Positions 38,970 to 49,148 of a DNA stretch of 64,000 bases are shown one piece after another. The stretch covers positions 561 to 64,560 of the forward strand of contig JBBADT010000007.1 in assembly GCA_041656315.1 (NCBI GenBank). The letters are read 5' to 3'. Position 1 is the first letter of the stretch. Every line of letters starts with the position of its first letter. Position numbers and translations under genes: made by a program. The notes under the pieces are model-generated. The model was not told the DNA's origin, searched no databases, and was given only the letters and a program-made list of their open reading frames with translations. This stretch comes from Advenella sp. Lineage in GTDB: Bacteria; Pseudomonadota; Gammaproteobacteria; Burkholderiales; Burkholderiaceae_B.

Positions 38970-41447
38970 CTAGCGGGCATGCCAATAGCGTTTTGTTGTG
39001 CTGCGCGCGGCAAGCAGGCTAAGGCCCTGTATTGAAGAACGTACGGTTATGGCACCATCCCTGTCGGTACGCCAGAAAACACTGCCTGCGTCTTCCCAGT
39101 GCTGCTGCACCTGCCTGTGTGGATGACCGTAACGATTCAGATAACCGTTCTGGACAATGGCATGATCGGCTTTCAGGGATTGAACAAACGATATCGAAGA
39201 AGAAGTGTTGGCCCCATGATGCGGCACCACCACGACATTGACCTTTTTCAGTCCCTGTTGAAGCAGCCCGATTTCCTGTTCAACATGAATATCACCGGTT
39301 AACAATGCGCTATGCTGACTGCCCTGCACCTGCAACACACAACTTTGCGCATTGCCGCTGTCATTTGGCAAGGGCATTTGCCCGATATTCAGGAAAGTAA
39401 AACGGACCCCGTCAAAGCTAAAGGCCTGCCCATGCCCGCAAGGCAGATAGGCCAGATCCTGATTCAGCAAAATATAGTCGTGTTCAAGTCGTTTTTCTTC
39501 TTCGGCCAGAAACCGGTCAAGCCCGAAGGACGCATACGCCATGCCCGTATGGATGCCGGCAATTACTGTGGCAAAACCACCTGCATGATCCACATCGGAA
39601 TGAGACACCACCATGGCATCAAGCCGCTTTACGCCCGCCGATCTTAAGTACGGCAAGATTGTCCGGCTACCCGCTTCATTGGCATGGCTGGTTCTGGGCC
39701 CGGCATCAAACAGTACGGCATGCTTATGCGTTAACACCACCACCGCTGTTCCCTGCCCCACATCTAAAGCAATAAGGTTCCAGTAACCGGGTAAAGGACG
39801 ATCTGTTTTTCCCAAAAAAACCGGCACCATGAAACACCAGGCTAGGTTTTTATAAGGCAAGCCCCTTGCCTGACACACAATAAAAACACCAGCCATGGCA
39901 AGTAACAACCCCCATAAAGCGGGAGTTGCAATATAGATGCTGGCCCACGGCAACTGGGCAAACCACTGGGTTAGATCAAGCACCCCTTGCAAAATATCAT
40001 GAGCAAGATTGCCCAGCCACTGAGTGGCAGGCGTGTGCAGGTTTAACAAGGCCAGCAAGGCAAACAACAATGAAAGCGGCGTAATAACCCAGCCAATCAA
40101 GGGAATGGCATAGGCATTTACCAATGGCGAGACCAGCGAAAACTGGCTGAAAAGCAAAATTAAAAACGGCGCCAACGCCAGTGTAATCATTAATTGAAAC
40201 CTGGCCGCCAGCACAAAGGCAGACAGCATTTTTTTGCCCCTGTCTTGCCTATTTACACCGCCCTGCTGCGCATGATGCCGTCCCAGCCAGATTAAAACGG
40301 CCACTGCAGAGAAAGACAGCCAAAACCCGCTAGACAGCATGGCCCACGGATCCAGCAACAAAACACCCAGACAACTTAGCAATAGAATAAAGAAAATGGG
40401 TATACGCAAACGGAATAAGATCAGGCCATAACCAATGGCCAGCATCAGCAATGTTCTTTGCGCTGGCACTCCCCAGCCGGCCAGCAAACAATAAGTCCAC
40501 GCAACCAGTAAACCAAAAAAAGCGGCAAGCACATGAGTGGAGCGATGGTCAGACAACAACTTCCCTTTAAACTTGATTCTTTTACAGCACCACAAAACCA
40601 GAAAATGACCTAACACCGCCAGCATCGTGATATGAGACCCGCTGATGGAAACCAGATGCGTCACCCCCGACAGGTTGAACAGCTTCCAGTCATCCTGGGC
40701 AATACCATTCTGGTCCCCCATAACCAGCGCTACCATTACGGAACCATAACGTTTATCTTTAAGGTAAGGCAGCATGGCCGAACGCACCTGATCACGCAAT
40801 CGCTCAACCGCTACGGCAAAGCTGCCGAACGGCTCATCGGCCAACAGTTTGGGCTGGCCTTTTACCGCTCCCAAAGCCCTGATGTTATTGGCAAAGGCAT
40901 GGGTTTCATAATCAAACCCATTGGGGTTCATGGCGCCATGCACACGTTTAAGTTTCAAGGACATTTCCCAAACCTGGCCTGGCCTGATAAGCGGCAGTTT
41001 ATCTTTGATATCTTTGGGCTTACCGTAAATACCCGGCCAGGCACCTGCCTGCCAGCGAACCTGTATATGCACTGGAATTCCCTGAATGGAAAAGCTGTCC
41101 AGCACCTTGGCCTTGAACTGTACATAGTCTGGCCCATACAGGGCAATTTCAACAACACGCAAGACAACCCGGCTTGTTTTGTTTTCATGAATGGAAGCAA
41201 GGCTGTCAGCCAGCCGTAGCTGGGCCTTATGGGTGGCATAAGCCATGCCCAGCAAGAAGCACAACACGCCAAGAAGAATGGCTTTAAGTACCGGAAATGG
41301 CCTTGGCCACACATACAGCCAGGCGAGCAGGCTTAAGCCTGCCAGCAAGCTGATGATGGTTAGAGAAGGCAAGCCTGGCAATAATTGAACACCAGCTATG
41401 CCCAGGCAAGCTCCCGCCAGGCAAATCCAGTAAACCCACATGGACAT
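38970..41447 (-). CDS. comEC: DNA internalization competence protein ComEC/Rec2
   Basis: NPNGFDYE, HLVSISGSH, GFWLSF; metallo-beta-lactamase domain (LDVGQG, SHSDVDH, LTGD, PHHG, YGHP). Confidence 0.93.
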   Translation of the reverse strand: MSMWVYWICLAGACLGIAGVQLLPGLPSLTIISLLAGLSLLAWLYVWPRPFPVLKAILLGVLCFLLGMAYATHKAQLRLADSLASIHENKTSRVVLRVVEIALYGPDYVQFKAKVLDSFSIQGIPVHIQVRWQAGAWPGIYGKPKDIKDKLPLIRPGQVWEMSLKLKRVHGAMNPNGFDYETHAFANNIRALGAVKGQPKLLADEPFGSFAVAVERLRDQVRSAMLPYLKDKRYGSVMVALVMGDQNGIAQDDWKLFNLSGVTHLVSISGSHITMLAVLGHFLVLWCCKRIKFKGKLLSDHRSTHVLAAFFGLLVAWTYCLLAGWGVPAQRTLLMLAIGYGLILFRLRIPIFFILLLSCLGVLLLDPWAMLSSGFWLSFSAVAVLIWLGRHHAQQGGVNRQDRGKKMLSAFVLAARFQLMITLALAPFLILLFSQFSLVSPLVNAYAIPLIGWVITPLSLLFALLALLNLHTPATQWLGNLAHDILQGVLDLTQWFAQLPWASIYIATPALWGLLLAMAGVFIVCQARGLPYKNLAWCFMVPVFLGKTDRPLPGYWNLIALDVGQGTAVVVLTHKHAVLFDAGPRTSHANEAGSRTILPYLRSAGVKRLDAMVVSHSDVDHAGGFATVIAGIHTGMAYASFGLDRFLAEEEKRLEHDYILLNQDLAYLPCGHGQAFSFDGVRFTFLNIGQMPLPNDSGNAQSCVLQVQGSQHSALLTGDIHVEQEIGLLQQGLKKVNVVVVPHHGANTSSSISFVQSLKADHAIVQNGYLNRYGHPHRQVQQHWEDAGSVFWRTDRDGAITVRSSIQGLSLLAARSTTKRYWHAR

Positions 41448-41501
41448 TCTTTGTGCGCTGAAAAGCAGATTCTACTCAAGGGGCGCAACAAAAAGCCGCT
41501 A

Positions 41502-42302
41502 TCAGGACAATATCATCCGTGGTAAAACCCGCCGGGCATTACTGGCCGTGGTTTGGCTGATGTGCGCAAGGCTTTCCTGCCTTAAAGCGGCCAACTCTTG
41601 GGCAATACGGGCAATTTGACCGGGCGTGTTGCGCCGGTTGGGTTCATGCAGCCAGGCCGGAGGGATATCCGGCGAGTCGGTTTCAAGTACCAGATTGGAA
41701 AGATCAAGCTCACTGGCCAATCGGCGTATTTGCAAAGAGCGGGTATAGGTCATGGCACCGCCCACACCCAAGGCAAAGCCCAAATCAATAAATGCCTGGG
41801 CCTGCTGGAAACTGCCATTAAAGGCATGGGCAATACCGCCTGATAAAGAAAACCGGCGTAAATACTTCAGCAGTGTGTCCTGTGATTTGCGCACATGCAA
41901 AATAACCGGCAAATTGAATTGTTTGGCCAGACTTAACTGGGCCGAGTAAAAATACTCCTGCCGCTCACGGTGCATGCCACTGGCAATTTCAGTAACAAAA
42001 AAATCCAGCCCGATTTCACCCACGCCGACAAAGCACGGGTCATCCATGGAACGGGCAATTTCCAGTTCCAGCAAGTCAAGGTCTTTATCTTGTGCTTTAT
42101 GCACATACATGGGATGAATACCCAAGGCATAAAAGCCCCCATCAATGCGGTGCGCCAGGTTTCTTACCGTAGCAAAATTGCTTTGCTCAACGGCTGGAAT
42201 CACCATTATCCCGATCCCTTGCGCCTGGGCATCAGCAATCACTTCATCGCGGTCATGATCAAATTCGGCCGCATCCAAGTGGCAATGTGTATCAATGAGC
42301 AT
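41502..42302 (-). CDS. tatD: TatD-family hydrolase/DNase
   Basis: IDTHCHLD, GIHP, GEIGLD, ETDSP. Confidence 0.9.
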   Translation of the reverse strand: MLIDTHCHLDAAEFDHDRDEVIADAQAQGIGIMVIPAVEQSNFATVRNLAHRIDGGFYALGIHPMYVHKAQDKDLDLLELEIARSMDDPCFVGVGEIGLDFFVTEIASGMHRERQEYFYSAQLSLAKQFNLPVILHVRKSQDTLLKYLRRFSLSGGIAHAFNGSFQQAQAFIDLGFALGVGGAMTYTRSLQIRRLASELDLSNLVLETDSPDIPPAWLHEPNRRNTPGQIARIAQELAALRQESLAHISQTTASNARRVLPRMILS

Positions 42303-42381
42303 GGCTACACCTGTTTACACCCTGGTTGAACAATAAACCCCTGTATGCACGCCCCGCATTAGGCGTTAGACACATGAATGT

Positions 42382-43086
42382 TTAAACGGGCACATCGGTT
42401 TTGCTATCCAGCAGGCCTTTTTCCATGACCAGTTGGCGGTCTGCGAGCTCAGCCAGTTTAGGATCATGAGTCACAATCACAAAAGCCGTATTGAATTCCT
42501 TATTAACCGATTTTAACAGGGCAAACATATTCTGGGCTGTTTCCCTGTCAAGGTTGCCGGTGGGCTCATCAGCCAGCACACAGACCGGGTTGGCCACCAA
42601 GGCACGGGCCAGGGCCACCCGCTGGCGCTCACCCCCGGAAAGCTGGCTGGGTTTATGAGTTACCCGCTCAGCCAGACCCACTTTAGCCAACACCTGTTCT
42701 GCCATTTTGCGCGCCATGCGACGATCCATCCTTCTGACAATCAAGGGCATGGCAACATTATCAAGCGCGCTGAATTCTGGCAGCAAATGGTGAAACTGGT
42801 ACACAAAACCCAGGCTCTGGTTGCGAATCTGGCTACGTTGTTTCTCAGACAACCCGGCTGTGCGGGCTCCGTTCACCAACACTTCACCGGAAGTGGGTTC
42901 ATCGAGCAGGCCCAGGGTATGCAACAAGGTGCTTTTACCAGAACCCGAAGCCCCAATAATGGCCACCATTTCACCCTGTTCCACATCCAGGTCTATACCT
43001 TTGAGGATATCCAGCCGGGTATTGCCATCTTCGTAATATTTAACAATAGACTTTGCCTGCAAGGCATATTTTTTTTCATTAGTCAT
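42382..43086 (-). CDS. lolD: Lipoprotein-releasing ABC transporter ATPase
   Basis: GASGSGKST, GFVYQFHHLL, ADEPTGNLD. Confidence 0.94.
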   Translation of the reverse strand: MTNEKKYALQAKSIVKYYEDGNTRLDILKGIDLDVEQGEMVAIIGASGSGKSTLLHTLGLLDEPTSGEVLVNGARTAGLSEKQRSQIRNQSLGFVYQFHHLLPEFSALDNVAMPLIVRRMDRRMARKMAEQVLAKVGLAERVTHKPSQLSGGERQRVALARALVANPVCVLADEPTGNLDRETAQNMFALLKSVNKEFNTAFVIVTHDPKLAELADRQLVMEKGLLDSKTDVPV

Positions 43087-44356
43087 GGCGCAATACCTCG
43101 GCAGGCTGCAAACGGGAAGCTCTCCAGCTCGGATACAGGGTAGCCAGTATGGAAAGCACCAGGGATGTCAGGCCCACTGCGGTAATATCGCTGACTTCAG
43201 GATGAGACGGCAACTGGCTGACAAAATAAATGCTGGGATCAAGAAAATGAATGCCGAACAGGTTTTCAATAAACGGAATGATGACATCAATATTGTAGGC
43301 CACTAGACAACCCAGAAAAACGCCCATAAAAGTGCCCACAATACCAATCAAAGAACCCTGAACCAGAAATATCCGGGCCACTTCTGCCGGACTGGCTCCC
43401 AGTGTTCTTAAGATCGCGATATCCGATTGCTTGTCCTTGACCGCCATCACCAGCGAAGACAGCAGGTTAAAGGCAGCCACTGCAATAATCAGTGCCAGAA
43501 TCAGGAACATCATTCTTTTTTCTGTCTTGACGGCGGCAAACCAGGTCCGGTTATCTTGCGTCCAGTCACGGGCCACAATACCTTGGGGCAGGCTGAACAT
43601 TAATTGATTGGCCACTTCCGGGGCTTCCAGCATGTCCTTGACTTTAAGCCTTACCCCTGCCAGCCCCATGTTGCGAAACAGCACGGCACCATCGCGGGCT
43701 GCAATAAAAGCCAGGCTGGAATCGTATTCATAATGGCCTGAAGAAAAAATGCCGGAAATGGTGAATTGCCGCATGCGCGGCGTAAAGCCTGCCGGGTTGA
43801 TGGAACCCTGGGGAGACATCACCAGCAGGGTATCACCAACATTAACCCCCATCTGATTGGCCAGTGTTTGACCAATCACCATATTAAACGTGCCTGGCTG
43901 CAGCGAATCCAGGGAACCACGAATGATTTGATCCGGCAATTCAGATACCTTGCCTTCATTGGCCGGATCCAATCCGCGAATCTCAACCCCTTTCAGGACA
44001 TTGCCACGTGCCAGCATGCCTGAAGAGGCGACAAAAGCGGAAGCGCCCACGACTTCAGGGTTTTTTTCGGCCTCGCTGGCCAGGTTTTGCCAGTCTTCCA
44101 GGGCACTTACCGCATCAACTTGCGGGTTAAACAGTTGAATGTGTGGCAGCACCGACAACATGCGATCGCGCACATCAACCTGGAATCCGTTCATCACTGA
44201 CATGACAATAATAAGTGCGGCCACACCCAGCGCAATGCCTGCCATTGAGCTGCCAGCAATGAAAGAAACAAAGCGGTCGCGCTTTTTTCCGCGCCCTTTT
44301 GCCCTTGTCAATCCCGCATATCGGGAACCAATCCATAATTCGTAAGGTATTTTCAC
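43079..44356 (-). CDS. lolC: Lipoprotein-releasing ABC transporter permease (LolC/E family)
   Basis: GIALGVAALIIVMSVMNGF, IAILRTLG, ATLYPSWRA...PAEVLR. Confidence 0.93.
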   Translation of the reverse strand: MKIPYELWIGSRYAGLTRAKGRGKKRDRFVSFIAGSSMAGIALGVAALIIVMSVMNGFQVDVRDRMLSVLPHIQLFNPQVDAVSALEDWQNLASEAEKNPEVVGASAFVASSGMLARGNVLKGVEIRGLDPANEGKVSELPDQIIRGSLDSLQPGTFNMVIGQTLANQMGVNVGDTLLVMSPQGSINPAGFTPRMRQFTISGIFSSGHYEYDSSLAFIAARDGAVLFRNMGLAGVRLKVKDMLEAPEVANQLMFSLPQGIVARDWTQDNRTWFAAVKTEKRMMFLILALIIAVAAFNLLSSLVMAVKDKQSDIAILRTLGASPAEVARIFLVQGSLIGIVGTFMGVFLGCLVAYNIDVIIPFIENLFGIHFLDPSIYFVSQLPSHPEVSDITAVGLTSLVLSILATLYPSWRASRLQPAEVLRHD

Positions 44357-44391
44357 AAGCGTAAATGATTCACAAAGATTACAATTCCAAC

Positions 44392-45324
44392 ATGGATATT
44401 GTTATTTCAGGGATACTTCCCCACTCATCGATTGCTTCTGAACTGGCCAGGCAGGCGGCCAAAGCCGCACCGACCCTATTTCAAAAACTGGAAAACAGCA
44501 AGGGAACCGTGCATTTGCTCGACCCCAACGAAACCGGCTGTACGCCTTTTGAATACTGGCAACTGGAGCACCGCCAATTCACGCCTGTTGGGCAGCAAAA
44601 TCATGCTGCCGGACTTGGACCGCTTTATTCCCCCCATTCGCACAACCGGGATCAACCCGTTTGGCTGCTGGAACTGGCGCATATTGCGCTGGGCGCGTCC
44701 AATGCCACTTTACTCACTGCCGATGATCTGGTCATATCGGAATCAGAAAGCTTAGCATTATTTGAAAGTGCGCAGGTTGTTTTTTCCGAGAGCCCTTTCA
44801 AATTACTGCAACATGATACGTGCCGCTGGCACATTGAAGTACCACCGGACATGGTTTTACCCTCTTTAAGCCCTAATCTTATTGCCAGCGGGTATCTTAA
44901 TAACTGGTGGCCACAAGATGCACAAAGCCGCCTGTTACGCAAACTGCTCAATGCGCTCCAGGTAGAATGGCATGAACACCCCGTAAACCAGGAACGACAA
45001 CAAAATAACCGGCCTCTTATTAATGGTGCCTGGGTCTTTGGCGGTGCCACGCCTTCACAACTGCAGGCGGCACCCGCCGCAAAGCCGCTACGCCTCCTGC
45101 AGCAACTTGAAACGTCACACCGCAAGCAGGATTGGGGCCAATGGCTGGCCATCCTGGCTAAACTGGAGCAAGATGTTTTCAGCCCTTTGCTTGCCAATAA
45201 GGACGACAGGCTCGTTCTGACCGGCTATGATCGACTGGTTGTCATCACTCCAGGCCACATGCCTGCCTGGTTGGGTAAACTCTTTAATCGCAATCAAAAA
45301 TGGAAGGACTGGTGGTGTCAGTAA
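44392..45324 (+). CDS. Conserved hypothetical protein upstream of recJ (possibly phosphoglycerate-mutase-like)
   Basis: ~310-aa ORF with LLNALQVEWHEHPVNQER...INGAW motif, overlapping the recJ start. Confidence 0.7.
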   Translation: MDIVISGILPHSSIASELARQAAKAAPTLFQKLENSKGTVHLLDPNETGCTPFEYWQLEHRQFTPVGQQNHAAGLGPLYSPHSHNRDQPVWLLELAHIALGASNATLLTADDLVISESESLALFESAQVVFSESPFKLLQHDTCRWHIEVPPDMVLPSLSPNLIASGYLNNWWPQDAQSRLLRKLLNALQVEWHEHPVNQERQQNNRPLINGAWVFGGATPSQLQAAPAAKPLRLLQQLETSHRKQDWGQWLAILAKLEQDVFSPLLANKDDRLVLTGYDRLVVITPGHMPAWLGKLFNRNQKWKDWWCQ

Positions 45325-47018
45325 AAATAAGTGACCGGGCGCAAAATCCCGGCTATCAGCAACAATTGGAAAACGCGGGCATTCATACCCTACTGGCCCG
45401 GCTTTGGGCCGCACGTGGCGTTAATGATCCTGCCCAAACGCAACCGCATTGGCAAAACATGCTGGCGCCTTCCCTGCTTTCCGAAGTAAACCAGGCGGCC
45501 AGCCTGCTGGCCGATGCGATAGAACAAAGAAAAAAACTCCTGATTATTGCCGACTATGACTGTGACGGCGCGACAGCCTGCGCAACAGGCGTACGTGCCC
45601 TGCGTCAGATGGGCGCCGATATTGATTTTTTGGTACCCAACCGCTTTGAAACCGGCTATGGTTTATCGCCGGCAGTGGTTAGCCTGGCCTGCCAGCACCC
45701 CAATGGCAAACCTGACATCCTGATTACGGTTGATAACGGCATTGCCAGTGTTGAAGGCGTGCAGGCGGCGCGCGAAGAAGGCATGGACGTCATTGTCACC
45801 GACCATCACTTGCCCGGTGACACCCTGCCCGATGCCCTGTGTATCGTCAATCCCAACAAGCCCGGCTGCACGTTTCCGTCCAAGAGCCTGGCGGGCGTGG
45901 GGGTCATTTTCTATGTCATGCTGGCCCTGCGAGCGGAAATGCGCAAACGCGGGCACTTTGAACCCAAGGGGGGACCCAGGCTGGATAACCTTGCCGACCT
46001 GTTGGCCTTGGGCACCGTGGCTGATGTTGTCCGGTTAGACAGCAATAACCGCTTGCTGGTTACCCAAGGGCTTAACAAAATCCGTAAGGGCTACCTGCAG
46101 CCAGGCATCAAAGCCCTGTTCATGGTTGCCGGCAGCAATTTCCAAGAGGCCAGTGCAACCGACCTGGGCTTTAAAATTGGTCCTCGCATCAATGCCGCTG
46201 GCCGTCTGGCCGACATGAGCCTGGGCATTCGCTGCTTAATTACCGATGACGAAACAGAAGCCCTGCATTTGGCCCGGCAACTGGATGAAATCAATCATCA
46301 ACGCCGCTCTATTGAACATGAAATGAGCGAACAAGCCCTGGCCACGCTGGCTTCCCCTGAAAGCGCTCAATCGGCCAGCATTTGCGTTTTTAATGAAAGC
46401 TGGCACCAAGGGGTGGTTGGTATTGTGGCGTCCCGCCTGAAAGAAAAATTCTGGAAACCCACCCTGGCCTTTGCCCCAGCCGACAATGATGAATTACGCG
46501 GATCAGGACGCTCGATACCCGAACTGCACCTGCGTGATGCCCTTGATTTGGTGTCCAAACGTCATCCTGGCATGATCCTGAAATTTGGCGGACACGCCAT
46601 GGCGGCTGGACTTTCGCTTAAAACCGCGTACTTTGAAGCGTTTGCAAACGCTTTTAACGAAGCGGTACAGGAAATGACCGGCACCAGCAGCTTTGAACCC
46701 CTGCTTGAAACAGACGGCTCACTGGATCCCGTTTATGCCAATGCTGAAACCGCCTTGCTGCTGCAAAACCAGGTTTGGGGAGCCGGCTTTCCCGCCCCGC
46801 TTTTCAGGGATGTATACCGCATCCGCAACCAAAGACTGCTCAAAGACAAACACCTTAAATTAAAAGTTGAACGTAACCAGGTTCTGTATGATGCCATCTG
46901 GTTCAACCAGCAGGAATCTTTACCTGAATATGCCGAACTGGTTTATGAACTGGTGCCTAATCAATGGAATGGCGTGGTATCGGCACAACTGCTTGTAAAA
47001 CATGCCCGGGGTGCCTGA
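45300..47018 (+). CDS. recJ: ssDNA exonuclease RecJ
   Basis: DYDCDG, TVDNG, TDHH, GPRINAAGR, GSGRS, GGHAMAAG; true start may be GTG 45315. Confidence 0.96.
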   Translation: MEGLVVSVKISDRAQNPGYQQQLENAGIHTLLARLWAARGVNDPAQTQPHWQNMLAPSLLSEVNQAASLLADAIEQRKKLLIIADYDCDGATACATGVRALRQMGADIDFLVPNRFETGYGLSPAVVSLACQHPNGKPDILITVDNGIASVEGVQAAREEGMDVIVTDHHLPGDTLPDALCIVNPNKPGCTFPSKSLAGVGVIFYVMLALRAEMRKRGHFEPKGGPRLDNLADLLALGTVADVVRLDSNNRLLVTQGLNKIRKGYLQPGIKALFMVAGSNFQEASATDLGFKIGPRINAAGRLADMSLGIRCLITDDETEALHLARQLDEINHQRRSIEHEMSEQALATLASPESAQSASICVFNESWHQGVVGIVASRLKEKFWKPTLAFAPADNDELRGSGRSIPELHLRDALDLVSKRHPGMILKFGGHAMAAGLSLKTAYFEAFANAFNEAVQEMTGTSSFEPLLETDGSLDPVYANAETALLLQNQVWGAGFPAPLFRDVYRIRNQRLLKDKHLKLKVERNQVLYDAIWFNQQESLPEYAELVYELVPNQWNGVVSAQLLVKHARGA

Positions 47019-47019
47019 A

Positions 47020-47181
47020 ATGATGAAAAAACTTTCCTGGCTGACAAGCTTGCTCGCATTTGCCTTTTTGATGGCAGGTTGCACAAACATGCAAAGCCCC
47101 AGCGCCCCCATTGACAATGTTATCAATACCGTTGGTGATGCCTTTGGCAATGTATCTGGTCATAAATCAACCAGACCATAA
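47020..47181 (+). CDS. Small (53-aa) predicted lipoprotein
   Basis: MMKKLSWLTSLLAFAFLMAG-CTNMQSPSAPIDNVINTVGDAFGNVSGHKSTRP*: basic N-terminus, hydrophobic core, lipobox-like MAG|C. Starts 1 nt after the recJ stop and is followed by a terminator. Confidence 0.75.
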   Translation: MMKKLSWLTSLLAFAFLMAGCTNMQSPSAPIDNVINTVGDAFGNVSGHKSTRP

Positions 47182-47197
47182 AATCTTTTCAATACCC

Positions 47198-47220
47198 AAA
47201 GCCCTTTTCAGGGCTTTTTT
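47198..47220 (+). terminator. Intrinsic terminator after the recJ operon
   Basis: AAAGCCCT-TTTC-AGGGCTTT followed by a T-run. Confidence 0.8.
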
Positions 47221-47278
47221 GTTGTCATGCGTTAAAATGTAAGGTTAGCAAAAATAAAATTTGATCTTAGGAAATATA

Positions 47279-48383
47279 ATGGAAGCCGAGCGCCAGAATC
47301 AAATCTTAGCAAACCTTGAGGATTACGCCGAACGCGAATCCGACCTTCGGGGGTATCTTTGACTACGAGGCAAAATCAGAACGCCTGCAAGTCGTCAATC
47401 TGGAACTAGAAAATCCAGACATCTGGAACAATCCCGAACACGCCCAGGAATTGGGCAAAGAAAAGAAAAGTCTTGAAAAAATCGTACTGGTGTTAAGCGA
47501 GTTACAGCAAAACATCAAGGATTCCATGGATCTGTACGAACTTGCGGCCATGGACGATGATGATGCCACCCTGATGGCCATTGAAGAAGACGCCAAAAAA
47601 TACGCCGAAGTGCTGCAAGGCCTGGAGTTCCGCCGCATGTTCTCCAACCCGGCCGACCCCATGAACTGCTTCCTGGACATTCAGGCTGGCGCGGGTGGTA
47701 CCGAAGCCCAAGATTGGGCATCCATGCTGCTGCGCCAATACCTGCGTTACTGTGAAAACAAAGACTTCAAAACCGAAGTACTTGAAATCTCCGATGGCGA
47801 TGTCGCAGGCATCAAGTCCGCCACCATCAAAATCGAAGGCGATTACGCTTTTGGCTTTTTGCGCACCGAAAGCGGTGTCCACCGTCTGGTCCGCAAAAGC
47901 CCGTTCGACTCTTCCAATGGCCGTCACACGTCTTTTGCCAGTGTCTACGTTTACCCTGAAATCGACGATTCCATTGAAATTGAGATCAACCCGGCTGATT
48001 TGCGCATAGATACTTACCGTGCCAGCGGTGCCGGTGGCCAGCACATCAACAAAACCGACTCGGCCGTGCGTATTACCCACGCCCCCACCGGTATTGTCGT
48101 ACAGTGCCAGAATGACCGCTCACAGCACCGTAACCGTGCCGAGGCCATGTCCATGCTGCGCTCAAAGCTGTATGAACTTGAAATGCGTAATCGCATGGCA
48201 GAACAGCAAAAACTGGAAGACTCCAAAACCGAAGTGGGCTGGGGCCATCAAATCCGCTCTTACGTACTAGACCAAAGCCGCATTAAAGACTTACGCACTA
48301 ATGTCGAGATTTCCAATACCCAAAAAGTACTGGATGGCGATCTGGACATGTTTATTGAAGCAAGTCTGAAACAGGGTATTTAA
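47279..48383 (+). CDS. prfB: Peptide chain release factor 2 with programmed +1 frameshift
   Basis: ATG 47279 MEAERQNQ...LRGYL, then CTT TGA C at 47357-47363 with SD-like GGGGG just upstream; the +1 frame continues DYEAK...SPF...GGQ. Confidence 0.96.
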
Positions 48384-49139
48384 ATGAGCAAAACCATTGC
48401 CATCGTTACCGGTTCTTCAAGAGGTCTGGGGGCAGCGCTGGCCAGCCAGCTTGCCACCCAGGTCGAGCAGCTAATCACTGTGGCACGAACCGATAACCGG
48501 CAATTGCATGAACTTGCCCGGCAACATGGTTGCCATCATATCCACTATGAAGCCGATCTTGCCGATCCGGCACAAATTGACCTGACCTCCCGGGATATTT
48601 TTTCGCAGCTTGATCTTTCGGCCACCCAATATATCCTGATCAACAACGCTGGCACTCTTGGGCCTGTTGGTCAATACAACAGTCTTGGCCACAGCAAGGC
48701 CCAGGACATAGCCCGTGCCTTCAATTTAAACGTCAATAGTGTTATTGTGCTAACTTCGGCTTTTTTAACGGCCACCCGCCCTACCGGTGCCGATATCCGG
48801 ATCCTTAATATTTCCTCTGGTGCCGGCCGCTCTCCTACCGCGGGCTGGGGTGTTTATTGCGCTACCAAGTCAGCCCTTGACATGTACACACGCGTGGCAA
48901 AACAGGAAGCCCCCCATGCCAAATTAGTCTCATTGGCGCCCGGTGTCATAGACACCACCATGCAAAAACAAATTCGCGAACTGGATCTTAACGATTTTCC
49001 CAATCGCGCCCGTTTTACCCAGTTACATGACAAAGGCGAACTGTCAAATCCCGAACAGCTCGCCCATAAAATCCTGAATTATTTACATCGTGATGATTTC
49101 GGCCAGACCGAAATTGATGATATTCGTCACTATTCATAA
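48384..49139 (+). CDS. SDR-family oxidoreductase (sepiapterin/benzil reductase-like)
   Basis: TGSSRGLG, NNAG, NISSGA, YCATK, PGVIDT. Confidence 0.88.
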   Translation: MSKTIAIVTGSSRGLGAALASQLATQVEQLITVARTDNRQLHELARQHGCHHIHYEADLADPAQIDLTSRDIFSQLDLSATQYILINNAGTLGPVGQYNSLGHSKAQDIARAFNLNVNSVIVLTSAFLTATRPTGADIRILNISSGAGRSPTAGWGVYCATKSALDMYTRVAKQEAPHAKLVSLAPGVIDTTMQKQIRELDLNDFPNRARFTQLHDKGELSNPEQLAHKILNYLHRDDFGQTEIDDIRHYS

Positions 49140-49148
49140 ACCACAACC

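Noticed and set aside
38970..41447. DNA uptake sequences accompanying comEC
   Set aside because: No recurring Neisseria DUS or Pasteurellaceae USS noticed by eye; a k-mer count would be needed to exclude a novel motif.
47502..48080. 192-aa antisense ORF
   Set aside because: Antisense to codon-biased prfB; a typical shadow ORF.
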